A stretch of DNA of 64,000 nt, from positions 107,448,001-107,512,000 of the forward strand of contig NW_024704742.1 of NCBI RefSeq assembly GCF_018977255.1, written 5' to 3'. Below are positions 10,643 to 22,559 of this stretch, one piece after another (the stretch's first letter is position 1; the number at the start of each line of letters is the position of its first letter). The DNA comes from Callorhinchus milii. Lineage: Eukaryota. The position numbers were made by a program, and so were the translations under genes. The notes beneath the pieces are model-generated. The model saw nothing but the letters and a program-made list of their open reading frames with translations, searched no databases and was not told the DNA's origin.

Positions 10643-11599
10643 CTTTATAGTGCAGATTGGGATTTCACAGATCTCAACTAGTGTATAATAACCGGGCTCC
10701 ATTGCAATTGGCCCTAGTACTAAATTGTTTGATGGGATTGTATCCCACAGATACAGTATACTACTCTGGGCAGAGACAATTCTTATGAACTTTAATTTCT
10801 CTTACTTGAGGCTTGTTAGAGTTATATTTTGTCTTTTGATCCTGAAATCACATCTTGCCTTTCATCATGATAAAGTGTAAGATGCTCAGCATCTCTTCAC
10901 TCTTGTTTTCTCCACTGAACTTCTGTCTCTTTTTCTAACTTAAAGTCCCAGTTTTATTTTTCTCTGAACTTTGGGTAATGGATTGCTAAACCTTTGAAAT
11001 TAGTGAGTTTAGATTTACATGAATTATCCCAAATGGATTGTACAGGTAATCAAGTTTTACTCATCATTACATGTCCCTGAAGTTATTCCCGATATCTGAA
11101 AAATCTGTATATCAACCTCACCTTTATTTGTACTTTATGGAAATGGTCCAAGATTGATCTTAATTTTTTTTAACTTTTCCACGTTTACCAGTTCAATGTG
11201 TCCTGGTACAGACTCAATGGGCCAAAATACCACTTGGCTGATGGTATGTTATTTCTGGGGTGTGCAATATTTTTTCTGCCCAATATACGTCATCTTACAT
11301 TCACTTGCACTGAAACAATTTGCATTCTTGACTTTAATTTATTCTCTCGACATGACTGTTTTTTTCTTGTCAAAGTGTTAATGTGATCTTTGGCATCTTG
11401 TTTTCACAGTAGCCATTTCATCAGTTAACATGCTTTCTTTCCCTATTTGAAAGTGTGGCAGCTTATTAACTAAAGATTATCAATTGGGCACATTTTGGCA
11501 CTTTAGGACAATGGTATCCAATTTATAGCCTGCTATGTGGAAGTAGGCAGCTTGTTTTCCGTATGGAGGTTTTTCCCAAATATTGAAACATTTTTAATT

Positions 11600-11886
11600 G
11601 GGATCAAAAATGCACTTTTGCAAACATTATTGCGATTTCAGTTTCCAAATATTTGATTGTGATATTCCCTGGGAGATTCACAATATCACGAATCACAAGG
11701 TGGCGGAGTCGAAAATAAACAAGTCTAACGTTCAAATCGCGTTGTTTCCTACCAAGGTTTTAATTGCTGATTTTTTTTTAAACTTTATCCATTCACAATA
11801 TGTTACATCTCGCAATCAGATTTAAAATGCAACTTAGTCGCAATTGTTAACTTAAATCCAGTTTCCAATATCCCATTTTTGATCCC
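11600..11886. mobile_element. MITE, PIF/Harbinger-like
   Basis: Perfect 13-bp TIRs GGGATCAAAAATG (11600-11612) / CATTTTTGATCCC (11874-11886) flanked by a 3-bp duplication ATT; no coding capacity. Confidence 0.7.
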
Positions 11887-12285
11887 ATTGCCTATTGTTT
11901 AGATCACTGAACTAAAAGTTGAAATAGCCAGTTGACTCACTTTTATTACAAAGAGTGCTTTGTAATAAATAAAAAAAAGATATTATGATTAGAAATTGAA
12001 AGGAAAATATATTCCATAAATTGCTCCTGTATCCTAAATATTAGAAAGGGAGAAATATCTCTTCCTCATTTGAAATTGCCCCTTTTTATCTCTAGAACTG
12101 GTTGTCAGAGATATGGGAGAAGAGAGATGACATTCTAACAAGGTGCCTCCTTGGCATATGATGCGGATCCATTCTAGTGATGTGAATTGACACAGTGAAC
12201 TCAGAGTAACATTGGGAATCTGACACCCAATGTCTGCTGCCAAAATGCTCTGAGCAGCAGCTTTAAAGGAGAAAGAGAGATACAG

Positions 12286-12666
12286 ATAATAATAATCCTT
12301 GCATTTGATATAGCGCCTTATCATATCTTCGAGACATCTCAAAGCGCTTCACAGAATATACTGTATAAATTAATTGACTGTATATTTTGTGGGCGAAATA
12401 TGGCAGCCAATTGCACACTGCATATCCCACAAACAGTCGTGGATTGAAGTGACCAATTTTTTATTTATTTATTTATTTATTGAAGGAATTATTACCCCCC
12501 GGAAAAGTGATCTGCCAATCGGCTAACAACCTGGTTCTTGCTTACTGCTAGGTAAACAGAGGAGTGTGGAGTAAGGAAACTTGCCCAACATTTCGCCCTG
12601 TCGGGTATCGAACCCAGATCTCTTGCTTGCGAGGCGAGTGCTTTAACCACTGAGCTACAGGAGTCC
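12286..12666 (-). mobile_element. tRNA-Ala-derived SINE, long variant, full length
   Basis: Head with anticodon loop CTCGCAA, B box ggttcgatacc, the internal cctctgtttacctagcagtaagc segment, Deu-like body and tail. Confidence 0.88.
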
Positions 12667-12704
12667 AAATGTGTATTTTGCAGGCAAAAGTATATTTTAT
12701 AAGC

Positions 12705-13170
12705 ATGTCACAATCAAGCCAGTCCTCTGTGGCAGTCTCGGTAGTCCAGTTCCTGAGTCAGGTGGGTCCACAGTATTCCAGGGCACTACTAATGACAGCA
12801 CAGCTCATCGGCAGGACTTGGAAGGGCAGACCAACTTGGGCCATGGACTCATACCACTCAGCTTCTCTTAATCTTGCAAACCAAAGCCCTAACAGATAGT
12901 GTTTTTAGCTGGACAAACAGTGGGAAAGCTTGCCAGGCAGTGCTCTCAATGGTAAGCTATGCAGGTTTGCCTGGTTAGACTCCAACAGTATCTCAATCTC
13001 AATGCACACTTTGGGGTCCCCAAGCTTTGGCCCTTGTCAACCTGCACCCTAATACTTTCCAGAATTAAGATAGCAGGATGCATCCCTCCAGAGAGAGAGT
13101 GCACATTCCATTCCAATAAAAATCTGGAACTCTCAATTTGGTTAGAATACTTGTAATGCATTTCCACATG
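12705..13170 (-). repeat. Unclassified ancient interspersed repeat, copy 1 of 3
   Basis: Its reverse complement aligns by eye with 27380-27640 and 48140-48545 (tggaatgtg...gggatgca...ttggggacc...ccattgagag...ccaagtcct.cgatgagct). Confidence 0.7.
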
Positions 13171-13696
13171 TCAGTCACTTAGCTGACCAAAAAAAACTTG
13201 TAATATTAGAGCTATTTAAAAAAAATCAACATACAAATGAGTTTTAAGGCCACAAAAGTATTATAAATAGAATATGCTATGGAGTGATAGAGTGTGATTT
13301 TTATTCCCACTCATAAGTCATGTGAGGGGATAAAACTAGTATTTTCTGTATATTAAATGATCAAAGTTGTGCATTGATAAACTGCTCCATTAGGATTTCA
13401 GTTACAAGTTATTCAGTGGTTGATTTACGAGCAGCTACATATATCTCACACTATTATTTCCACTTATCCCCCGACAATGAGCACCACCAGCCCTGTGTGT
13501 TTAAACAAAGCCAATCATCTGAACACATAGCCACATCTATTAATATTGAACACAAAAGTAGAATTAAGTAGTCTAGTATATAAAAAAAAGCATTCTACGC
13601 CACTTTTTAAAATATATTAAGTTATCCCAGTGGATTTTCCAAAATTGACTTTGTTGAAATTATTTAAATGAAGGACTTCACCTCAAAACCCAGATA

Positions 13697-14135
13697 TTAG
13701 CCTGGTTCAATGGTAACACTCTCATCTCTGAGTCAGAAAGCTGTGGATTCAAGTTTATTTTTGTTCTTTGGACTGACATAGTCTAGGATGACACTGTCAT
13801 GCAATGCTAGGGAATCTTTGTATTATTGGAGTTGCCATCCTTTGGATGAGACGGTAAACCAAGGTACCATCTGCCTGTTGAGGTGAGACATTAAAGATCC
13901 CATGGCACTATTCAAAACGAGAAAGGAGGTTTCTCCCAGTGTCCTGGCCAATAATCCTCCAAATAAAATTGGTCATCGAATTCATGGCTGTATGTGGAAT
14001 ACTGCTGCACACAAATTGACTGACATGTTTGCCTGCAAAATGCATAGACATTAAGCATTAGAGTGAATCCTGTGAAACGTTTGGAGACATCCTCCCAGCA
14101 TCAAAGACGCTATATAAAATGTAACGATTATTATG
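13697..14135 (+). mobile_element. DeuSINE, near full length
   Basis: Head ggtaacactctcatctctgagtcagaaag..gtggattcaag, the Deu domain and the tail. Confidence 0.82.
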
Positions 14136-15004
14136 ACAGGTTGTAAACAAATCACTTATTGGAGCCCTAGAATCTTCATACAAATTGGGCATATACTTAT
14201 TCCTTCCTTCTTGTATTAATATTGCAGCTGGAAAGTACTTATAACTTCAGGAAATGCAGCAGTTTTGACTGTAATTTTAATACATGTATATAAGTATATA
14301 TGTATGCAATATATATCAGCCTGAAAAAACCTGGACTGAGAAAAATCAACATCCACAAACATCCTGTATAACATGTTTTTGGTTTTGTCCAAATACACTC
14401 TTATGTGCTCTAGCTGTAAATCTGGGAGGATCAGCTAACAAATGGGATTTCCTGCAAGACACCAGCAAATTTAGAGATAGGTTTATAATAAGAGGCACTC
14501 ATCACCAAATGTCAGTAACTTATTGAAAAACACCCATTGCACCTTGGTGATTTTTTTTAACTTTAAGCTGTTTGTCTTAAGGCTATCTTTTTCCGTTTAA
14601 CTCCACACATGCACATACACTGCAGAGGGGACAAAAGACAAAATTGAAGTAATCATTTATCCTTTCATCACTTTGGCTAGGTACATTATTTATACTTTGA
14701 TTGTGATGTCTAGCTGGTCTTTGTTACACCATCTACAATTGTGTTTTCACATTCAGAGATCAATACAAAAGTTAGAGTGTTATTACCATATTTGGACAAC
14801 TTTGGAGTCAGTTCATCGTGAAACAGTCAATTGCTACTGTGTAGACTGCAGAGGAAAGTACACATCAGAGGAGTGGAAGTATATTAGCTCCAGTGTGAAT
14901 TCTTGTAGTGCAATATTTTGACTCAGTATTAAAGTGAGGAGGGAAAGTTTTATTCAAAATATAATAAAAATAACTTGCGTTCTCCTGAGGACTTTGTTGG
15001 TAAT

Positions 15005-15360
15005 GTTACTGCCCACTGTATGAGTCATACAGATCACAAAGGTCACAAAGGTTCGATCCCCAGACTGTGCAGAGTTAGATGAACAGAATTAGACGATCAC
15101 AGATCATGTGGCTGCAGCAACATGGATTCAGTGGGAGGGAGGGAACATCAGTCAGAATTTCCACCATTGACTGCTGCGCACTTAATTCTGCATTTGACTA
15201 TTTGGATATCTTGTGATCCTGTGGGTACATATCCTGCAGACAATTGCTGTCTGGGCTCACAAGCAAAGAATGGCCACTTGTGTGGAGCAGAGGGTACACT
15301 ACTGATAGAATTGTAGGCAAATATGAATCGTTGTCTTCAGAAGGGGAAATGGCAGAGAGG
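15005..15360 (+). mobile_element. Ancient tRNA-SINE remnant, AmnSINE2-like
   Basis: gagtcatacagatca...aaggttcgatccccagactgtgcagagttag (B box) and gggctcacaagcaaagaatggccacttg resemble the recalled AmnSINE2-type consensus. Confidence 0.5.
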
Positions 15361-15444
15361 GAGAGGAAATCATCACATCACTAATCTTACCATTGGGCAC
15401 AGTTTTAGGTACAAACATGGGACCTAAAATTCCACCTAGTCTTA

Positions 15445-15850
15445 CAACAACAACAACAACAAGATTCCATTTATAGAGCGCCTTTCACGTCAGGAGGACG
15501 TCCCAAGGCGCTGCACAGTTGGGTCATGACCCGAGCAGGGGGGAAATGGTCAGGGTGAGGGGAGGGAAGGGAGGGAGAGAGGAGGGGGGAAATGGTCAGG
15601 GTGAGGGGAGGGAAGGGAGGGAGCGAGGAGGAGGAAGAGAGTCGAGAGGGGAGCTGAAGGCACGGTCAAAGAGAAAGGTTTTGAGACCGGCCTTGAAGGA
15701 GGAAAGGGAGGAAGCAAGGCGAAGGCACTGGGGGATGGAGTTCCAGAGCCTCGGGGCTGAGAGGCTGAAGGCCCGACCACCGATAGTAGGGCGGTTGGGG
15801 CGGGGGACGTGGAGCAGACCGGAGCCAGAGGAACGGAGGGTACGGGAGGG
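15445..15850 (-). mobile_element. Young L2, 5'-truncated, with 8-bp TSD
   Basis: Near-identical to the 3' end of the intact L2. TSD TAGTCTTA at 15437-15444 and 15851-15858. Confidence 0.95.
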
Positions 15851-17733
15851 TAGTCTTAGTCTGTAAGAGCATCTGAAATTTAAATTTAAGATCAGAGCAG
15901 TCAAAAATTATAATCTGCAAAAATAAATATTACTTACCTATTTAATTTCAGAAGGTATTTTAGTCTACACCAGATTCACAAAGTCTGCACCAGCTTCACA
16001 AAATATAAATCATACAATGTACACTTTAAAAGCGGTGGGAAACTGAAATATTTGATTTGTATTTTTGGAAGCTAGTTTATTAAGTGCATGTAAAATAAGG
16101 ATAATTTTAAACTGAATTTTGTGGTCAATAGTTTCATTTTCACTTCATTAAAATGAATATCTGGTATATGTTCATTTATTGACCTGGAGCCTAACAACCC
16201 AAAAATGGTGCAAAGCAACAACCTTCAATGTTATTTGTAAATGAATACACTTCAGAATCAGTCAGTACTTTATCAGTGCTAAGGCACACTTTATGTGGCC
16301 TAGTTTTAAATATATATTCGATAATTATTTCCTAGATCTTAAAGGGCTCCAGAAAACTATGGGGGTGCTGTACCTTGCATATAGAGGTATTTAGGATCTT
16401 TTTAAAAAAATGTAATATGAAGAGTGGCCATTTTTAAGGTCAACAGTAGATCATTCTTGAAACACTAGTTATGTCATTGGCCATCGCAGTGTTATTTATG
16501 CCAGTGATCTGCTCAGAAAACACTCGTGGCATTTTAGGTGCTTCTTGTTTGTTTTGTCATAGTTCATTACTGCCTTTTGCCTGCTATTTTGTACATTTAG
16601 TTATCAAATTATTCCTAAGATATGATCTAATGGCAAAATGAACTGCAACAGTATTTTAGTATTCAACTTCATCTCCCATCAAAGCTATTATTACTGCAGA
16701 ATTCTCTACAATCGCATGCCCTGTCATTCATTATTAATTAATTATTACGTACTATGCTGTCACTCATAGTGATCTCTGGTGTCTAATGCTGAACTTGTGC
16801 TTCTTTGTGGCTACCATCATAAGCACTCTGAGACACTATCCTGCGTGAAGGGTACTATATAAATGTAACTTGTTGTTGTACCAGACTTAGAATTGTGGCT
16901 CATAAACTGGAAACACTAAAATGAGTCATGTTAACAACTGTTATTGTGCAGTATTATAGAGAAAAGAGAGGCAATAAACAAGAAATGTTTTACTATCTTT
17001 TCCAGCTATTCTACTTATCATAATCCCTTTGCCATCTGTTTCAGCTCACAACTGTGCTTGATTTGCCAGTTCTGACTATATCTTGTGTCAGCAATAAAGC
17101 TTGGCAATCCATAGTCCTGAAATCACTCGACTGCAAAAAGCAGGTGGCTTTATACAGTCTTATAAAGTTGCTCATCTGTGTCACTTGTACACTAATTTGT
17201 CACTTTAATACCTCACAATTTCTTTATATTTTTACTGTAGCTCATAATTAGCTATTCCTCATCAGGGATTGCATTCCTTTGCAAAAGAAAATTCCTTTGC
17301 CTACAGATAAAATAAAATCCTGTGAAACGCTTTGAGAAGTCCTTCCAATATGTAGAGCGGTATATCAATTGTATGGATAAATAATATTATTGAGAAAATG
17401 CCTGTATAGGAAAATGTCCTAGAATGTGCTGATGGATTTCTAAACCAAATCTGTCACCTTAGAAAAACGAGTACAATATAATACCTTGACTTATCGAATA
17501 AAATACATTTCATACAACATGTATGTAAATGCACCAGTAAATAAATGCCCTGTGTGCATCAATACAGCAAAATGCTTAACAATAAACTGCAGCTGACACC
17601 CTCTCATGTGAACCAATCCTTCAAAGAGCAAGCTTGCAGAGATCCGTAACCGCTTCTGTAAATTTTCTGCTCTTAAAGATACGTTTGTTTCTTCAGAGAT
17701 TTATCTATTCATAATTGACATTTTTATAAAGGT

Positions 17734-18025
17734 TGTGAGAGATTCAGGTGGAGACGACCAATATGGTTATAATAATCCAAGGTTTATTAAGTAATACAAA
17801 TAGCTTAACTTATTTTTAAAACTGAGACCATAGATACAGTAGAATCGATATCGATTCCACTGGGAAGTGCGCTGACCCTCACACAACTCGAACTATTTCA
17901 AAGTTACCTCTTTCTTTTATGTGTCTCTAACTCCACCTTCCCTGGTCACAGAGATACCCGCCCCACCCTTTGCAGGCTGCTTTGGAGAGAGAGAGATATG
18001 AACAACTTCTGGGAAGCCTTCCACA
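17734..18025 (-). mobile_element. Possible solo LTR
   Basis: TGTG...CACA ends, a minus-strand AATAAA (plus tttatt ~17784), a TATA-like cataaaag (~17920) and a GC box. No TSD found; the right flank abuts a CR1. Confidence 0.4.
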
Positions 18026-18029
18026 GCCT

Positions 18030-18690
18030 ACTTGTTCAAACGGCAAATGCATTTAAATGTAGAAAAGAGTGAGGTGATACATTTTGGTAGAAGGAATAAG
18101 GAAATCACATACATCCTGGAAAATAAAAACATAAATGGGGTACAGGAGCAAAGGGACCTAGGGGTACACATACACAATTCACTAAAAGTAGCAACACAGG
18201 TTAATAAGGCCAAAAAGAAAGACAAACCAGGCATTGGGGTTCAATTCTAGAGATATATAAATGAAAGCAGGGAAGTTATGGTAAACGTCTGTAGAACCTT
18301 GGTTAGACCACACTTAGACTACTGTGTGCAGTTCTGGTCCCCACATTATAGAATGGATGTCGAGGCACTGGAGAGGGTGCAAAGGAGATTCACAAGGATG
18401 GAAATGTGGAATATGCCACCACAAGGAGTTGTTGAGGCAAATAGCATAAATGTATTTAAGGGAAAGCTAGATAGGTACATAAGGGAGAAAGGAATAGAAG
18501 GTTATGCTTGAAGGCTTAGTTGGGACGTCCTCCTGACGTGAAAGGCGCTTTATAAATGGAATCTTGTTGTTGTTGTTGTTGTTGTTGAGGAAGGGCAGGA
18601 GGAGGCTCATGTGGAGCATAAACACCGGCATTGACCAGTTGGGCCAAATAGCCTGTTTCTGGGTTGTATTTTCTAATGTATTCTAATGTG
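18030..18690 (+). mobile_element. CR1 LINE 3' fragment (internally deleted) with a ~65-bp young L2 tail inserted at ~18520-18586
   Basis: Encodes QMHLNVEKSEVIHFGRRN, RDLGVHI and LVRPHLDYCVQFWSP; CR1 3' end ggccaaatagcctgtttct...ttctaatgtattctaatg. Confidence 0.9.
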
Positions 18691-18732
18691 TTTTCAGCCT
18701 TGAAATAGGCAGGTATCTGAGGCTGCAGCCTT

Positions 18733-19440
18733 TACCTCACCCCTCACGCTGCTGAAACCCTGGTTCACGCCTTTGTCACCTCAAGGCTGGACTATGGGAA
18801 CTCTCTCCTCGCCGGCCTTCCCGCCACCTCCCTCCACAAGCTGCAGGTCATTCAGAACTCTGCAGCTCGTGTACTGTCCCGCACCAGGCTTCGGGACCAC
18901 ATCACTCCCACCCTCGCTCGCCTCCACTGGCTCCCCATCCCCCAGAGGATTGATTTCAAGATCCTCATCCTCACCTACAAGGCCATTCACGGCCTTGCTC
19001 CCTCCTACCTCTCCAACCTACTATCCCCCTACCTACCTGCCCGTACCCTCCGTTCCTCTGGCTCCGGTCTGCTCCACGTCCCCCGCCCCAACCGCCCTAC
19101 TATCGGTGGTCGGGCCTTCAGCCTCTCAGCCCCGAGGCTCTGGAACTCCATCCCCCAGTGCCTTCGCCTTGCTTCCTCCCTTTCCTCCTTCAAGGCCGGT
19201 CTCAAAACCTTTCTCTTTGACCGTGCCTTTAGCTCCCCTCTCGACTCTCTTCCTCCTCCTCGCTCCCTCCCTTCCCTCCCCTCACCCTGACCATTTCCCC
19301 CTCCTCTCTCCCTCCCTTCCCTCCCCTCACCCTGACCATTTCCCCCCTGCTCGGGTCATGACCCAACTGTGCAGCGCCTTGGGACGTCCTCCTGACGTGA
19401 AAGGCGCTCTATAAATGGAATCTTGTTGTTGTTGTTGTTG
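18733..19440 (+). mobile_element. Young L2, 5'-truncated
   Basis: Almost identical to the last ~0.75 kb of the intact L2; (TTG)n tail. Confidence 0.95.
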
Positions 19441-19700
19441 TTTTCTTTCTGTAGTCCATTGTTCTTACATCTATGCTCAAAGACTTGATTTTTCATTATC
19501 TCAGAGGAGTGAACATCTTCCCAGGAAATGTAATCAGAAGCTGACCTCAGCCTCTCCAGCAAAGCTAATTTTAACGCCTGCTAAGCAAGTCATTCTATCA
19601 AACAAATCTTATTAAAGGATTATGGGTAGGTTACATTCTAAACATATATAAAGAATAATTAAAAGCCTTAAAATCATTAAACATCACAAATAGAATCTTA

Positions 19701-19900
19701 CAACAACAACAACAACTTGGATTTATATAGCGCCCTCCACGCCTGACGGCGTCTCAGAGCGCTTCACAGTAACGGATCCTGGGGCAGAGCCAGGGGGAGG
19801 GGGAGGTAGGTGACCAAAGGCGCAGTTGAAAAGAAAGGTCTTCAGCAGAGACCTGAAAATAAGAAGAGAGGAGGCGAGGTGAAAGGAGTGAGAAAGGGAG
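19701..19900 (-). mobile_element. Old L2 tail fragment (different subfamily)
   Basis: (CAA)n followed by atttatatagcgccctccacgcctgacggcgtctcagagcgcttcaca. Confidence 0.65.
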
Positions 19901-21013
19901 TTTGTGCAATAAACCTCACAAGGTTTATTGAGAATTTGATTGAGTCAGTCTCTCAGCTATAACTTTATTAACAATTTTTGCAGCACCCAATTGTCTGTGG
20001 CATTTCACAACATAGACCATGTTTGTGTACTGCACAAAGGACATGTCCAAATCCTGCGGTCCGCGCCTAACATCAGCACCCAGAAGAATATTGCGCCCAA
20101 AGAGCTGAAATAAAGCATTTCATTCCCCAGTGCTAACACTGTTTGTCTTGATTAGCACAAATGTATCATTCAAAAAAATCATTAGCACAATTCAGCAGAA
20201 TTTTAAACTACATCTGCTATTCGCTCCTCCAAAGTACCACCACGATAATATGTTACAAAGAGGGGAAAAATCCTCTTTGTAGTTTTAAAATATCCACCTC
20301 TTGATTTTGTTTAGAAGCCTCTAAAATGAGCATATAAGATACTAATGGAAGTCTACAGAAACATGTAGGACTTTAATGAAATGTAGCAGCCTCTTAGAAG
20401 TCAGATAAGGTGGCATAAAAAGTGATTTACTGATCCTGTTCAAAAAAAATCCAAAGAAACTACAGTTGAACCAGCTGTTTCCTGCTGGTTTTATTGACTA
20501 ACTTACTCTAGAATTCTGCTATTTCTGTATTCTGCAATACTCGTTCGTCTAATTAAAAATGTTAAAGAAAATGCTTGTGTTACATTTCTGTGCAAATGTA
20601 TACTAAGAGTTAAAGAAAATATAATGGCCTTAACAATGCTGTGACAGCTAATTTTGATGAAAATGTTGATATGAAACAAGGGTGGAAGATACTGTGGAAG
20701 ATGCTGTAGTAGTAATGGATGAATCATCCTTGTTTAATATTAGTGTAATATTATGTTAAGATTTTTAATATTAATCATGGGATTGCTCAGAAAGCAAAGT
20801 TAAGATCTCCAGGAAAGTAAGAAAATGCCAATGCAATACAATTTACAGTCTTGTTAAAGGACATTAAGTACTGCAGAGTAGTACTCTTTCAGAGTAGTGC
20901 AACCTAGAAGGTATATTAAAAAGGAAGTATTTAATGCCGGGTGTGACGTGGCATTAATGAGTAGGAAGATGCTAAAGTATCATCACAGCTTTGAGAGAAG
21001 GGAATGACACAGC

Positions 21014-21305
21014 GGAGTCCTGTAGCACTCGCTAGAGCACTCGCCTTGCAAGCGAGATACCAGGGTTCAATTCCAGGCAGGGCGAAACCTTGGGCAAGTT
21101 TCCTTACTCCACACGCCTAATAATAATCCCTGCAAAACAAAACAATAATAAATTGGTCACTTTCAATCCACGACTATTTGTGGGACACTGTTGTGCGCAA
21201 TTGGCTGTCGCGTTTCGCCCACAAAGTTTATTCTGTGAAACGCATTGAGACGTCGAGAAGACGCAAAAAGCGCTATATCAAGTGCAAGGATTATTATTAT
21301 TATTA
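21014..21305 (+). mobile_element. tRNA-Ala-derived SINE, short variant
   Basis: ggagtcctgtagc...gggttcaattcc head through the (ATT)n tail. Confidence 0.88.
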
Positions 21306-21689
21306 GAGAACGTTTCTACACAAGAGTGTAGGCACATCAGCTACACCAGTCACAGTAGTGGATGAGGAGCAAGGAAGTACAGTCCACAAGCATAAAGGAC
21401 ACAGAAAATACTAATAATAATAATAATAATTATCCTTCATTTGATATAGCGCCTTATCAAATTAAGATGCATGTCTTGCAGAAGATATTGCTCCAGGCAC
21501 CATGTCCACCATAATACTGTACAGTGAGTAGGATTTGTATGAAGAGCTCAGTATCACCAGGGAGGCTGTGAATTAGTTCACAAAGATCTGTGGAGACAGT
21601 TCACCACAAGGATCTCATTGCTACAGTGAGATCTGCAATTGGATGCAATTATACTCCCATTGTCATATTTTCAGGCATTAAACTGCTAT

Positions 21690-22120
21690 TACTGACATTC
21701 CAGTTTAGGTTTTGCTTCTTATTTTGACTCATTGGTTTGCAACCCTTTATTTTAAGTACAATTAAAGAATGACAAAGTGCAAGATCACAGAAAGTTTGCA
21801 GCACATAAGGTTTACAGCCATTCAATGCAAGCTTTCTCATCTCTTTTTCTTTACTGGTACTTTCCACCCTAATCTCTTCCATTTGCTCTTTCCCTGTACC
21901 CTTAATATTATATGCATGATTGGTATAGTAACCCCTTGTTTTCTTCTAATCTCAATCTTTCTTCTAACCATAATCCTCAATTTATCCACACTCTTTGGTG
22001 CTTGAAATGGTCTTTCTTTATTTACTCTATCAAAAGGATTCATAATTTTGAAAACCTTGAAAAGAGCAAATCTGACCATCTGAGCAAAGATGGTGGGTAA
22101 AGGAGTTGGGTAAAAACATT
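21690..22120 (-). mobile_element. Old CR1 3' fragment
   Basis: Minus-strand FKVFKIMNPFDRVNKERPF motif typical of the CR1 C-terminus. Confidence 0.6.
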
Positions 22121-22136
22121 CGGAAAGGTAGAGAGA

Positions 22137-22460
22137 TAATAATAATAATAATCCTTGCATTTGATACAGCGCTTTTCATGTCGGGAGGACATCCCAAAGC
22201 GCTTCACACAACACACTGTAAAGTGAATTGACTGTATATTTGTGGGCGAACGCGGCAGCCAATTGCACACAGCAATGTCCCACAAACAGTCGTAGATTGA
22301 GAATGACCAATTTATTATTGGTTTTTTGGTGGGGTTTTGGAGGGATTATTATTAGGAATGTGGAGTAAGGAAACTTGCCCAAGGTTTCGCCCTGCCTGGA
22401 ATTGAACTCAGGTCTCTCGCTTGCAAAGCGAGTGCTCTAACCACTGAGCTACAGGACTCC
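22137..22460 (-). mobile_element. tRNA-Ala-derived SINE, short variant, full length and well preserved
   Basis: Head GGAGTCCTGTAGCTCAGTGGTTAGAGCACTCGCTTTGCAAGCGAGAGACCTGAGTTCAATTCCAGGCAGGGC with anticodon arm CTCGC-TTTGCAA-GCGAG. Confidence 0.92.
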
Positions 22461-22559
22461 ACAGGTACCAGGGCACAAAGTGAGTTTGAGCATCTTGAAA
22501 TCCATCCATTCTGCAATAGGAAGCCACCAGAGCCTGGTAAGGACTGAGGTGATGGTGAA

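Noticed and set aside
15931..15940. Strong minus-strand splice donor (AG|GTAAGTA)
   Set aside because: No convincing acceptor or coding frame upstream.
21480..21650. Faint resemblance to a Harbinger transposase N-terminus
   Set aside because: Too degenerate, with stops; cannot be supported by eye.
22388..22460. Apparent tRNA-Ala gene (also near 6225, 12595, 21014, 35785)
   Set aside because: These are SINE heads: they run straight into the SINE body, have T-arm and acceptor mismatches, and lack a Pol III terminator after the cloverleaf.
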